In this document: in pieces, positions 55,428 through 64,000 of the stretch
Layout: each line of letters opens with the position of its first letter
Numbering within the stretch: position 1 is the stretch's first letter
From: Acidobacteriota bacterium
GTDB taxonomy: Bacteria; Acidobacteriota; UBA890; WLXD01
Direction: 5' to 3'
NCBI GenBank assembly: GCA_963666055.2
Contig: CAXWPH010000011.1
Coordinates: 160,001-224,000 of the forward strand
DNA length: 64,000 nucleotides
The notes under the pieces: model-generated
Database searches by the model: none
What the model saw: only the letters and a program-made list of their open reading frames with translations
What the model was told of the DNA's origin: nothing
Position numbers and translations under genes: made by a program

Positions 55428-56236
55428 TGTGCCTCGCCCTCCTTCACGCGCCGCCACTCAGCCTCGAGCTCGCCGCGCGTCGCGCCGATTCGCTCATCGC
55501 CGACAGCTGCTTCCAGTTGCCGAAACCGACGCTCGAACTTACTGCTGGCATCGTTGAGCGCGACCTCGGCCGAGTGCCCCAGATGACGGGCGAGGCTGGA
55601 CAGGGTCAGCAACAGGTCGCCGAGTTCTTCTTCGGCGCCGGGCGCGATACTCTGCTCCAGTGCAGACGACAGCTCATCGAGCTGCTCACGCGCCTTGTCG
55701 ACGACATCCGCCACTGAGGCCCAGTCGAACGACATCTGCGCGGCGCGCTTTCCAAGCTTCTGGGCGCGCTCCAGAGCCGGAAGTGCTCGCGGCACGTCGT
55801 CGAGCAATGACCCGGCACCGCGCTCCTGGCGCTTGATCGTCTCCCAGTTGCGCAGCACCGCTGCCGCGTCGTCGACTCGGACGTCGCCGAATACATGCGG
55901 GTGGCGTCGCACCAGCTTGCTGCTGATCGCTTCGATGGCATCGACGATCGTGAAGCTCCCCTCCTCCGCACTGATCTGTGACAGAAAAACGATCTGCAGC
56001 AACAGATCCCCGAGCTCCGCGCTGAGCACCCTCGGGTCGCCGTCATCGATCGCCTGCACCACCTCGTAGGCCTCCTCGAGCGTGTAGCGCCGCAGGGTGG
56101 AGAGATCCTGCTCACGATCCCAAGGACACCCGTCAGGACCGCGCAGCCGACGCATGATGCCAACCAGACGGGAAAAAGCCTCGCCCGCTAGGCGGTCATG
56201 TGACTCGCCTTTGCCCCGATCTTCCCCTTCGACCAT
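55424..56236 (-). CDS. mazG: Nucleoside triphosphate pyrophosphohydrolase
   Basis: GCPWDREQ, EEAYEV, ELGDLLLQ, KLVRRHPHVFG and EEELGDLL. Confidence 0.96.
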   Translation of the reverse strand: MVEGEDRGKGESHDRLAGEAFSRLVGIMRRLRGPDGCPWDREQDLSTLRRYTLEEAYEVVQAIDDGDPRVLSAELGDLLLQIVFLSQISAEEGSFTIVDAIEAISSKLVRRHPHVFGDVRVDDAAAVLRNWETIKRQERGAGSLLDDVPRALPALERAQKLGKRAAQMSFDWASVADVVDKAREQLDELSSALEQSIAPGAEEELGDLLLTLSSLARHLGHSAEVALNDASSKFERRFRQLEAAVGDERIGATRGELEAEWRRVKEGEAH

Positions 56237-56307
56237 GGACGCAGTCTATTGCTCGCAAGTGCCGACCGCGCCGCGACGCTGCCCGTCGATGCCGTCTTTG
56301 GAGAGCC

Positions 56308-56422
56308 CTAGCAGGCCGAGGTGGAAGCGTGGCCGGCCTGGTCGCGACCCGTTGAGGCCAGTTGCCTCCGCCTCGCAAGACCCTGTCGCCAGGTCCGGCA
56401 CGCTTCCACCTCGGCCTGCTAG
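56308..56422. mobile_element. 115-bp divergent MITE variant with co-varying TIRs
   Basis: CTAGCAGGCCGAGGTGGAAGCGTG ... CACGCTTCCACCTCGGCCTGCTAG; retains the internal TCGCAAGACCCTGTCGCCAG. Confidence 0.85.
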
Positions 56423-56454
56423 AGTCACATGTACTACCTGCTAGACTCGTGCCC

Positions 56455-56997
56455 ATGAACGACAACGACTTGCTAGACGGTCAGCGGCCGAAGATCAAGG
56501 TCATCGACCGGCGGTTGTTCGATAGCGACGGCAACCTGCGCGATGAAGCTCCGTCGCCTCCGTCAGACGCCCCGACAACCGAGCCCGCCGGCGCCGCTGA
56601 GCCGGCGCCTGCCGGGGACTTGATCGAGTCCACCGACGCGTCAGCCGACGATGCCCCGAGCAGTGCACCGTCGGAGGTCGAGGACGTCGCCACCGCGGGC
56701 GACAGCGACGCGACGCCGAAAACCGCGCCGAAGCTCAAACTCAACGACCAGGCAATGCTCAAGTTCATCGAGGAGCAGTATGTCGGCGGGCTCCTCGCTC
56801 TGGGGGCCATGCCGGAGCCACAGAGCGGTCAAATGGTCGAAGATCTCGACCTGGCGCGCCTGCGCGTCGAGGTTTTGGGATTGCTGCAGGAAAGCACCGA
56901 AGGCGGGCGCTCCGACGACACCAGCAAGGCCCTCGAGGACGTGCTCTACCAGCTGCGCATGGCCTACTTGCAGAAACGCAAGGTGGCCAAACTCTAG
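56455..56997 (+). CDS. DUF1844-like protein
   Basis: IKVIDRRLF, acidic linker, LLALG..P.P.SG...DL..AR and LYQLRMAY. Confidence 0.75.
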   Translation: MNDNDLLDGQRPKIKVIDRRLFDSDGNLRDEAPSPPSDAPTTEPAGAAEPAPAGDLIESTDASADDAPSSAPSEVEDVATAGDSDATPKTAPKLKLNDQAMLKFIEEQYVGGLLALGAMPEPQSGQMVEDLDLARLRVEVLGLLQESTEGGRSDDTSKALEDVLYQLRMAYLQKRKVAKL

Positions 56998-57138
56998 CGC
57001 GCTCGCCTGAGCATCGCTATCGAGTCGGAAAGTATTTTCTGATCACCAGCACGCCGCGTTGCTCAGCACAGCGTGCTTTCCGCATAGTTACGCGACCGCA
57101 ATTGGCGCACCGCAGTGAAGCTGCCCGGCACAATTAAG

Positions 57139-57167
57139 TTGACGATACCTAACTAAGGTTTTATACT
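57139..57167 (+). promoter_or_regulatory. Sigma-70-type promoter of the dnaK operon, overlapped by a weak HAIR-like site
   Basis: TTGACG-N17-TATACT; GTTGACG-N7-ACTAAGG (57138-57158) matches CTTGAGT-N7-ACTCAAG at 9/14. Confidence 0.7.
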
Positions 57168-57276
57168 TTTATCTAACTAAACTGCATAAAGGCCCGGCTT
57201 GTCACGAACACCGGCAGCCGGGGAACCGAAACCTCTCTGGGACCCCGTTGAAAGGGGCCTCGATCAGGAGCTCGAC

Positions 57277-59175
57277 ATGTCCAAGGTCATCGGTATCGAC
57301 CTGGGCACCACCAACTCGGTGGTCGCGGTGATGGAGGGCGGTGAGCCCACCGTCATCCCGAACGCCGAGGGTGGTCGCACAACGCCCTCCGTGGTCGCCT
57401 TCACGGAGAAAGATGAGCGTCTCGTCGGCCAGGTCGCCAAACGCCAGGCCGTCACCAACCCCGAGAACACCGTTTTCTCGATCAAGCGCTTCATGGGACG
57501 CCGCCACAGCGAGATCAGCGAGGAGCTGACCATGGTCCCCTTCCAGGTAGAGCAGGAAGGCGACGACGTCAGCATCCTGGCCGCCGGTAAGCACTACTCT
57601 CCGCCGGAGATCTCGGCGATGATTCTGCAGAAGCTCAAGCAAGCGGCGGAGGACTATCTCGGCCAGAAGGTCGAGCGCGCCGTCATCACGGTTCCCGCCT
57701 ACTTCAACGACGCCCAGCGGCAAGCCACCAAGGACGCTGGGCGCATCGCTGGCCTGCAGGTCGAGCGCATCATCAACGAACCCACGGCTGCAGCTCTCGC
57801 CTACGGGCTGGAGAAGAAGACCGACGAGAAGATCGCCGTCTACGACTTCGGCGGTGGGACGTTCGACATCTCGATCCTGGAGGTGGGCGACGGCGTCGTC
57901 GAGGTCAAGGCAACCAACGGTGATACCCACCTGGGCGGCGACAACTTCGACCAGCGCATCATGGACTGGATCATCGAGGAGTTCCGCAAGGATCAGGGCA
58001 TCGATCTGTCGAGTGACCGCATGGCGCTACAGCGCCTCAAGGAGGCGGCCGAGAAGGCCAAGATCGAGCTGTCGAGCGTCGTCGAGTCAGAGATCAACCT
58101 GCCCTTCATCACCGCCGATCAGACTGGCCCGAAGCACCTCAGCCTGAAGCTCACCCGTGCCAAGTTCGAGAGCCTCGTCGCGGACCTGCTCGAACGTGCC
58201 GTCGGGCCCTGCAAGCAGGCTCTGGCCGATTCCGGCCTCAAGGCCGGCGAAATCGATGAGGTGGTCCTCGTCGGCGGATCCACACGGATGCCGGCAGTCC
58301 AGGAACAGGTCCGACAGGTCTTCGGCAAGGAGCCTCACAAGGGGGTTAACCCCGATGAGGTCGTGGCGCTGGGCGCGGCCATCCAGGGTGGCGTGCTGGC
58401 CGGTGAGGTTAGCGACCTGCTGTTGCTTGATGTCACTCCGCTGTCGCTCGGCATCGAGACGCTCGGCAGTGTCACTACGGTGTTGATCTCACGCAACACG
58501 ACCATCCCGACGCGCAAGAGCGAGACCTTTACCACCGCAGCGGATAACCAACCCTCGGTAGAGGTACACGTGCTGCAAGGCGAACGCGAGATGGCGGCCT
58601 CCAACCGCACACTCGGGCGTTTCCACCTCGAGGGAATCCCCGCCGCCCCGCGCGGCGTGCCTCAGATCGAGGTGACCTTCGATATCGACGCCAACGGCAT
58701 CCTCAGCGTCACTGCGAAGGACCTGGGTACCAACAAGGAGCAGAAGATCACCGTCACGTCATCGAGTGGCCTCTCCGAGGCCGAGATCGAGCAGCTCGTC
58801 AAGGATGCCGACGCGCACTCCGAGGAAGACAAGGCGCGGCGCGAGCAAATCGAGGCCCGCAACCAGCTCGACAGCCTCGTATATCAGACCGAGAAGCTCC
58901 TCAACGACAATCGTGAGCAGCTCGATGCCGGAGCCATCTCCGATGTCGAGGGCGCCGTGAAGGCGGCTCGCGAGTCGTTGGACAAGGAGGAGGCCGGCAC
59001 CGACGAGCTCAAGCAGGCGACAGAGGCGCTGCAGCAAGCGTCGCATCAGCTAGCGCAAACAATGTACGCCCAGGCCGACGCTGCGGATGCCGGCGCGGGC
59101 GAAGAAGCTTCCCCCGACGATGACAGCGAGGTCATCGAGGCGGAGGTCGTCGAAGACGAGAGCTCGAGCTCGTAA
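57277..59175 (+). CDS. dnaK: Chaperone DnaK
   Basis: [26 protein letters not shown] and DVTPLSLG. Confidence 0.99.
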   Translation: MSKVIGIDLGTTNSVVAVMEGGEPTVIPNAEGGRTTPSVVAFTEKDERLVGQVAKRQAVTNPENTVFSIKRFMGRRHSEISEELTMVPFQVEQEGDDVSILAAGKHYSPPEISAMILQKLKQAAEDYLGQKVERAVITVPAYFNDAQRQATKDAGRIAGLQVERIINEPTAAALAYGLEKKTDEKIAVYDFGGGTFDISILEVGDGVVEVKATNGDTHLGGDNFDQRIMDWIIEEFRKDQGIDLSSDRMALQRLKEAAEKAKIELSSVVESEINLPFITADQTGPKHLSLKLTRAKFESLVADLLERAVGPCKQALADSGLKAGEIDEVVLVGGSTRMPAVQEQVRQVFGKEPHKGVNPDEVVALGAAIQGGVLAGEVSDLLLLDVTPLSLGIETLGSVTTVLISRNTTIPTRKSETFTTAADNQPSVEVHVLQGEREMAASNRTLGRFHLEGIPAAPRGVPQIEVTFDIDANGILSVTAKDLGTNKEQKITVTSSSGLSEAEIEQLVKDADAHSEEDKARREQIEARNQLDSLVYQTEKLLNDNREQLDAGAISDVEGAVKAARESLDKEEAGTDELKQATEALQQASHQLAQTMYAQADAADAGAGEEASPDDDSEVIEAEVVEDESSSS

Positions 59176-59228
59176 CCAGGGGGCTATGCGGGGCGCCCAC
59201 GGCGCGGCGCCCGCACAGCATCAAAGCC

Positions 59229-60317
59229 ATGTTGGCACGCGATCATTACGCTACTTTGGGGGTTCCACCCGACGCCGACGCTGATCAGGTCGAGGGCGCC
59301 TATCGGCATCTCAGCCGCCGCTATCATCCGGACATCAACCCGGGGGATCCGCACGCCGCGACGGTTTTCGAACGCATTCAGTCAGCCTACCAGGTGCTCT
59401 CGGATCCGCAGCGCCGAGCCCGCTACGATCGCGAAGGCTCAGTGGTGGACTCTATCGAACCGACCGTACCGGACCTCACCGTGCGGGTAGTGCCGGAAGG
59501 CACCGAGCCCGGCACATACGGCGACCTGTTCCGACACCTGAAGGATCATCGCCGGCGCTCCAGCGCGCAGCGCGGCAACGATCTCTACGTCGACGTCAGC
59601 GTTGCCCTGGTGGATTCCGAGCGCGGCCGGAGGACGACTGCACGAGTCACCCGTGACGACCGCTGTGAGGACTGCGGTGGACGCGGACGGGTGCAGCTGC
59701 AGCGGGCGCGACCGTGTAACACCTGTCGCGGTAGCGGCCAGGAGACCTTCGTAAAGGGTGCCCTGTCGGTGACCTGTGGGTGCGCTGACTGCGACGACGC
59801 CAGCGGCCTGCTCCGCGGCGTCCCATGCGTCCGCTGTGCTGGTCAGGGCATCTGTTCGCGCACCGAGACGATCCTCATTCGCGTGCCTCCCGGTGTCATC
59901 GATGGGCAGGAAATCCGCGTCGCCGGGCAAGGACACTGCGGTCGGATCGGCGGCGAGCGCGGAGACCTGATTCTCCGTTGTCGCGTTGAACCGGCCCGCG
60001 GGTTCCGGCGCGAGGGCCCACACCTTTACACCCGGCAGCCGATCTCGCCGCTCGAGGCGATCCTGGGGGGCCGCATCGACGTGCCGGCACTCGGCGGCGA
60101 TCAGGCCAGCCTACCTCTGCCCCCCAACACGCAGACCGGCCACGTCTTCAGGCTTCGTGGCCGCGGCCTCGAGCTGCCGGACGGGCGGCGAGGGGATATG
60201 CTGGTGCGCGTCGAGGTGCATCTCCCCGAAATCCTCGACGAAGATTCCAAGGAGATGGTTCGACAGCTCGCAGCGCGCCACCCCTTCAACCCACGCAACC
60301 GCGAAGGCGAGCCCTGA
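59229..60317 (+). CDS. DnaJ-family co-chaperone (divergent paralog)
   Basis: J domain with HPD, four CxxC repeats (third atypical) and a DnaJ C-terminal domain. Confidence 0.88.
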   Translation: MLARDHYATLGVPPDADADQVEGAYRHLSRRYHPDINPGDPHAATVFERIQSAYQVLSDPQRRARYDREGSVVDSIEPTVPDLTVRVVPEGTEPGTYGDLFRHLKDHRRRSSAQRGNDLYVDVSVALVDSERGRRTTARVTRDDRCEDCGGRGRVQLQRARPCNTCRGSGQETFVKGALSVTCGCADCDDASGLLRGVPCVRCAGQGICSRTETILIRVPPGVIDGQEIRVAGQGHCGRIGGERGDLILRCRVEPARGFRREGPHLYTRQPISPLEAILGGRIDVPALGGDQASLPLPPNTQTGHVFRLRGRGLELPDGRRGDMLVRVEVHLPEILDEDSKEMVRQLAARHPFNPRNREGEP

Positions 60318-60730
60318 TGATGAGCGCCGATCCCAGGCGGAAGAAGGGCACCTACATGATCAGTGCGGTGGCCGAGCGCTACGAGATCCATCCTCAGACG
60401 CTGCGGCTGTATGAGCGCGAGGGGCTGTTGCGACCATCGCGCTCCGGCGGCAACACTCGCCTGTACGATGACGAGGACTTGCGTCGGCTCGAGGTCATCC
60501 TGTCGCTGACCCGCGACCTCGGCGTGAACCTTGCTGGGGTAGAAGTCATCCTCAACATGCGCCAGAACATGGAGCGACTCCAGAACGAGGTCGCCGAGCT
60601 GATGTGTTTCGTCCGCGACGAACTGACCATCGACGATCAGAGGTTGTCGACCGAGTTCGTCCAGGCGCTGGTGCGAATCGAGCGGAGCGCCCTGGTGCGG
60701 CAGCGTCCGCGGACCACCGAGGACAGCTAG
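60317..60730 (+). CDS. hspR: Heat-shock repressor HspR (MerR family)
   Basis: YMISAVAE..IHPQTLRLYEREGL.PSRS.GNTRLY and LGVNLAGV; follows dnaK-dnaJ. Confidence 0.92.
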   Translation: MMSADPRRKKGTYMISAVAERYEIHPQTLRLYEREGLLRPSRSGGNTRLYDDEDLRRLEVILSLTRDLGVNLAGVEVILNMRQNMERLQNEVAELMCFVRDELTIDDQRLSTEFVQALVRIERSALVRQRPRTTEDS

Positions 60731-61003
60731 CAGGCCGTGGTGAACGTGTGGTGGGTCTGGCGACAGGGTCTTGCGAAGTGCAGGCAAGGAGAGAGGAGGA
60801 GGCGATGGTTACCCCATCGTTGACGAGGAACGACGCAGCTTACGCGCGCAACCCCCTGTCGCCCGAAGGGTTACGGCGATTTGGGGCCATTTGCGACGTT
60901 GGCCTTCCTCGACGATGGCTAGGGCATCGCCAGTGTCAGGCCGCCTTGCATCTGGCCCCAACTCGCCGTAACCAGACACCACACTTTCACCACGGCCTGC
61001 TAG
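60727..61003. mobile_element. MITE, full-length copy (277 bp)
   Basis: Inverted ends with CTAG at 60727-60730 (hspR stop) and 61000-61003. Confidence 0.92.
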
Positions 61004-61046
61004 TGTCCAGCGATACGCAACGAACCTCTGAGACAGGATACTAGTC

Positions 61047-61880
61047 TTGGCGTCAGCGGAGCTCCAGGATTGCGTCCTTTGCGGCGGGACCGGATGGATC
61101 TCCTCGGCAGATGCCGATGACCGGTCGGTGCAACGTTGTGAATGCCGGCTACAAGCCCGCCGGCAGCGGCAGGTCGAGCGCGCCCGCATTCCGCGCCGCT
61201 ACGAGCACTGTCGTCTCAGCAACTTCGAAGCGGAATACGCCGGGGCGCACAGCACGCTGGGGGGCGCCAAGCTCAAGTGTGAGAGATACGTCGAGGAGTA
61301 CCCCCGCCTCGAATACGGCCTGTTGTTCATTGGACAGTTCGGCGTCGGCAAGACCCACCTCGCGGTTGGGGTGCTGAGCGCGCTGCTGGACCGCTACTCG
61401 ATCAGCGGACGATTCGTCGACTACCGTGACCTGCTGCGCGACATTCAGGAGTCGTACAACCCGGTCTCGGAGACCTCGGAGCTGCAGGTGCTTCGCCCGT
61501 TGCTCGAGGCCGACGTGCTGCTGCTCGACGATCTCGGCGCCCGCCGCCCGAGCCCCTGGGTGTTCGATACCGTCACGCACATCCTCAACGACCGGTACAA
61601 CCGCAAGCGCATGACCCTTATCACCACCAACTTCGGAGACGCTCCAGAAGCACCGAGCAAGGCAGGCTCGTCGAGTCCTGCCGCCGCTGACACGAGCCGG
61701 GTGAGATCAGCTCCGCAGCCGCTGCGGGCGCGGCGAGCAGCGCCGGACGGCCCGGCGACGCTCGAGGACCGCATCGGCCCGGCGCTCCGGAGTCGACTGC
61801 ACGAGATGTGTGACGTGATCCGCATCAAGGGCGAGGACGCGCGCAAGCTGCTGAAAAGCGCTGCGGTCCCTTACCGTTAG
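61047..61880 (+). CDS. DnaC/DnaI/IstB-like AAA+ ATPase with N-terminal Cys cluster
   Basis: CVLCGGTG..CEC, IPRRY, GQFGVGKTHL, LLLDDLG, ITTN and SRLHEMC. Confidence 0.88.
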   Translation: MASAELQDCVLCGGTGWISSADADDRSVQRCECRLQARRQRQVERARIPRRYEHCRLSNFEAEYAGAHSTLGGAKLKCERYVEEYPRLEYGLLFIGQFGVGKTHLAVGVLSALLDRYSISGRFVDYRDLLRDIQESYNPVSETSELQVLRPLLEADVLLLDDLGARRPSPWVFDTVTHILNDRYNRKRMTLITTNFGDAPEAPSKAGSSSPAAADTSRVRSAPQPLRARRAAPDGPATLEDRIGPALRSRLHEMCDVIRIKGEDARKLLKSAAVPYR

Positions 61881-61932
61881 TCGGGCGCTCGGGCTCTTGC
61901 CGCGGAAGGCACGTGATTAGGTGCCGCCGCCC

Positions 61933-62685
61933 TCAGCCGAGATCTCCCCAAGCGTGCTGTAACACCGCCAGCGCCGCCGCGCCCGCGGTGTCGGCGCGCA
62001 GCACACGTGGGCCGAAAGCGACGGTCGTCGCGTTCGAAGCCTCAGCAACGGCGCGTTCCTCGCCATTCCAGCCGCCTTCGGGCCCGACCATGAGCGCCAC
62101 ACTCGCGGGGGCCCGGCCACGCAACGTCCGCGCCAACTCTCCCTGCCGACCGCTCGGATCACATATCAGCCGTAGCGCCGGCATCGAGGTCCAGTCGAGG
62201 TGGCGCAGCTGCATCGGCATACCAACGTGCGGCACGACGCTGCGGCCACTCTGCTTCGCCGCCGCTCGCGCCACACGCATCCAGCGTTCGCGGCGTTCGT
62301 CGATCACCTCGACTCCCCCGCTCGGCACCTGGCTGTGCGCTGCAACGACCGGGAGCAGATGGGTCATTCCGAGCTCGGTGCACTGACGCACAATGAGGTC
62401 CATGCGAGCGAGCTTGGTGGGAACCGCCTGGACCAGCCATACTGCGAGCGCGGACTCGGTCGCCGGGGTGTATCGCTCCAGCACCTGCGCCGCGACCCCG
62501 TCTGCTGTAACCACCTCGAGCCGGGCTATCGCTTCCTCCCCTACCCCATCGAAGAGCACCACACGATCGCCGACACGCAGCCGCATGACCCTTACGTGGT
62601 GTCCCTCGCCGGGGTCGAGGCTGACGCGCGCGGTATGTAGAGTGCCACCGGCGACCTTGAACCGCCCGCGGGGACCGGCGTTCAT
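61933..62685 (-). CDS. rsmE: 16S rRNA m3U1498 methyltransferase
   Basis: HVRVMRL, TELG, AAKQSGR, VGPEGG and RVLRADTA. Confidence 0.93.
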   Translation of the reverse strand: MNAGPRGRFKVAGGTLHTARVSLDPGEGHHVRVMRLRVGDRVVLFDGVGEEAIARLEVVTADGVAAQVLERYTPATESALAVWLVQAVPTKLARMDLIVRQCTELGMTHLLPVVAAHSQVPSGGVEVIDERRERWMRVARAAAKQSGRSVVPHVGMPMQLRHLDWTSMPALRLICDPSGRQGELARTLRGRAPASVALMVGPEGGWNGEERAVAEASNATTVAFGPRVLRADTAGAAALAVLQHAWGDLG

Positions 62686-62687
62686 CG

Positions 62688-63797
62688 CTACGCGAAAGCG
62701 TCGCGGAACCTGTCCCACCAGGAGCGCTCGCTTTCGAGCTCCAGGGGTTCGGGCCGCAGCTCCTCGAGCTCATGCAAGAGCTGCTCTTCACGCTCGCTCA
62801 ACCTACGGGGCGTGACGGCCTGAACCGCCACCCGGAGATCACCGCGCCGGCCGCCGTTCACCGAAGGCAGGCCTTGGCCACGCAGCTCGAGCAGTTCCCC
62901 CGACTGAGTACCGGCGGGCACATGCAAGGTCACCGTCTTGTCTCCGAGGATCGCCACCTCGATCTCACCGCCTAAAGCGAGCTGCGCAAAGCTGACCGGC
63001 GCCCGCGTGTAGAGGTCCTGGTCGCGACGAGCGAAGCGCTCGTGCTCACGCACCTCGATGAGAATCTGGAGGTCGCCCGGTGGGCCGCCGTTCAGACCGC
63101 TCTCGCCCTCATCGCGAAGCAGAAGTCGCATTCCCGTGTCGACACCGGGCGGCACCTTGACCTTGAGCGTACTGGTCTCCCGGGCCCGTCCCTCACCCCG
63201 GCACGTCAGGCATGGGTCGACAATGATCGTTCCGGCACCGCGGCACCGCCCGCAGGGCCGCGCCATCGTGAGAAACCCGTGCCGTTGCTGCACTTGCCCC
63301 ATGCCGCCGCACGCGACGCAAGGATTGCGGCCGGTGCCCGACGCCGAACCGGTGCCGCCACAAGGGCGGCAGGCGCGCCGGCGAGGCACGCGAATCTCGA
63401 TCTCGTCACCCGAGGCTGCTTGTTCGAGGTCGATCTGGAGCCGATATTGGAGGCTCGACCCACGCGACGAACCACCTCGCCGGCCGCTTCCAAAGCCCGA
63501 GTCGAAACCGAACAAGCCTCCCAGGATGTCTCCGAAGTCAGCAAAGATGTCGGACCCGAAGTTCGGAGAACCACCGCTGAAGGCGGCGTCGCCGAAGCGG
63601 TCGTAACGAGCTCGCTTCTCGGCATCGCCCACCACCGCATAGGCCTCCGCCGCCTGTTTGAAGCGGTCCTCCGCCAAGGGGTCGTCGGGATTGCGGTCCG
63701 GGTGGTTGGCCATCGCCGCGTGGCGATAGGCCTTCTTGATCTCCTCCGCCGACGCGTCACGGCGGACCCCCAGCACCTCATACGGGTCGGTCGCCAT
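62688..63797 (-). CDS. dnaJ: Chaperone DnaJ
   Basis: J domain with HPD, G/F region and four CxxCxGxG repeats. Confidence 0.97.
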   Translation of the reverse strand: MATDPYEVLGVRRDASAEEIKKAYRHAAMANHPDRNPDDPLAEDRFKQAAEAYAVVGDAEKRARYDRFGDAAFSGGSPNFGSDIFADFGDILGGLFGFDSGFGSGRRGGSSRGSSLQYRLQIDLEQAASGDEIEIRVPRRRACRPCGGTGSASGTGRNPCVACGGMGQVQQRHGFLTMARPCGRCRGAGTIIVDPCLTCRGEGRARETSTLKVKVPPGVDTGMRLLLRDEGESGLNGGPPGDLQILIEVREHERFARRDQDLYTRAPVSFAQLALGGEIEVAILGDKTVTLHVPAGTQSGELLELRGQGLPSVNGGRRGDLRVAVQAVTPRRLSEREEQLLHELEELRPEPLELESERSWWDRFRDAFA

Positions 63798-63798
63798 C

Positions 63799-63999
63799 TC
63801 AGGCGTCCTGTTGAGGGTCGGCGACCGGCTGGCGCGCCACTGCCACCATCGCCGGTCGCAAGAGTCGCTCGGCCACTCGATAGCCGGGCTTGTAGACGCT
63901 CACAATGCGACCGGCGGGCACCTCGTCGGTAGGCAGTTGCTGAACGGCATCATGTAGCGTGGGGTCGAACTCCTCGCCGTGCGGATCGAGGCGGCTAAC
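63799..63999 (-). CDS. grpE: Nucleotide exchange factor GrpE, 3' part (runs off the window)
   Basis: Manual translation: GEEFDPTLHDAV...VYKPGYRVAERLLRPAMVAVA...QDA*. Confidence 0.93.
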   Translation of the reverse strand, partial: VSRLDPHGEEFDPTLHDAVQQLPTDEVPAGRIVSVYKPGYRVAERLLRPAMVAVARQPVADPQQDA

Positions 64000-64000
64000 G

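Noticed and set aside
61047-61880. IS21 istB or prophage replication gene
   Set aside because: No istA transposase, IS21 ends or phage genes are adjacent.

Overview
GC-rich bacterial window, probably Acidobacteriota (two PadR + ADOP-type permease pairs, dnaK-dnaJ-hspR). The right half is mostly housekeeping: secA, guaB, tsaE, nnr, aroC, ltaE, uvrA, comEC, tdk, tatC, mazG, dnaK/dnaJ/hspR, rsmE, dnaJ, partial grpE. The left half is accessory. Main result: the ORF track splits one exported heavy-metal-associated (HMA) protein (15431-15988, minus) whose GMTCxxC motif is encoded as GMT-TGA-GL-TGA. This reads as a UxxU di-selenocysteine protein, with two tandem SECIS-like hairpins. It lies in an operon with a decayed MerR regulator, an outer-membrane barrel, an NHL-repeat protein and a second HMA-like gene. 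Converging on it is an operon with a DtxR-like box, a di-heme CcP/MauG-family protein and a PhnDCE-like ABC transporter whose anion-binding residues appear replaced by His/Glu/Tyr/His, suggesting metal-cation uptake. A ~279-bp CTAG-targeting MITE family occurs at nine loci (full, truncated, miniature and tandem forms), often on stop codons. Other items: a divergent SDF-symporter fusion flanked by a charge-reversed paralog pair, a thiaminase I lipoprotein, an orphan nuoB, and several single-base frameshifts in short homopolymers that may be assembly errors. All calls come from motif recognition by eye; no searches were run.
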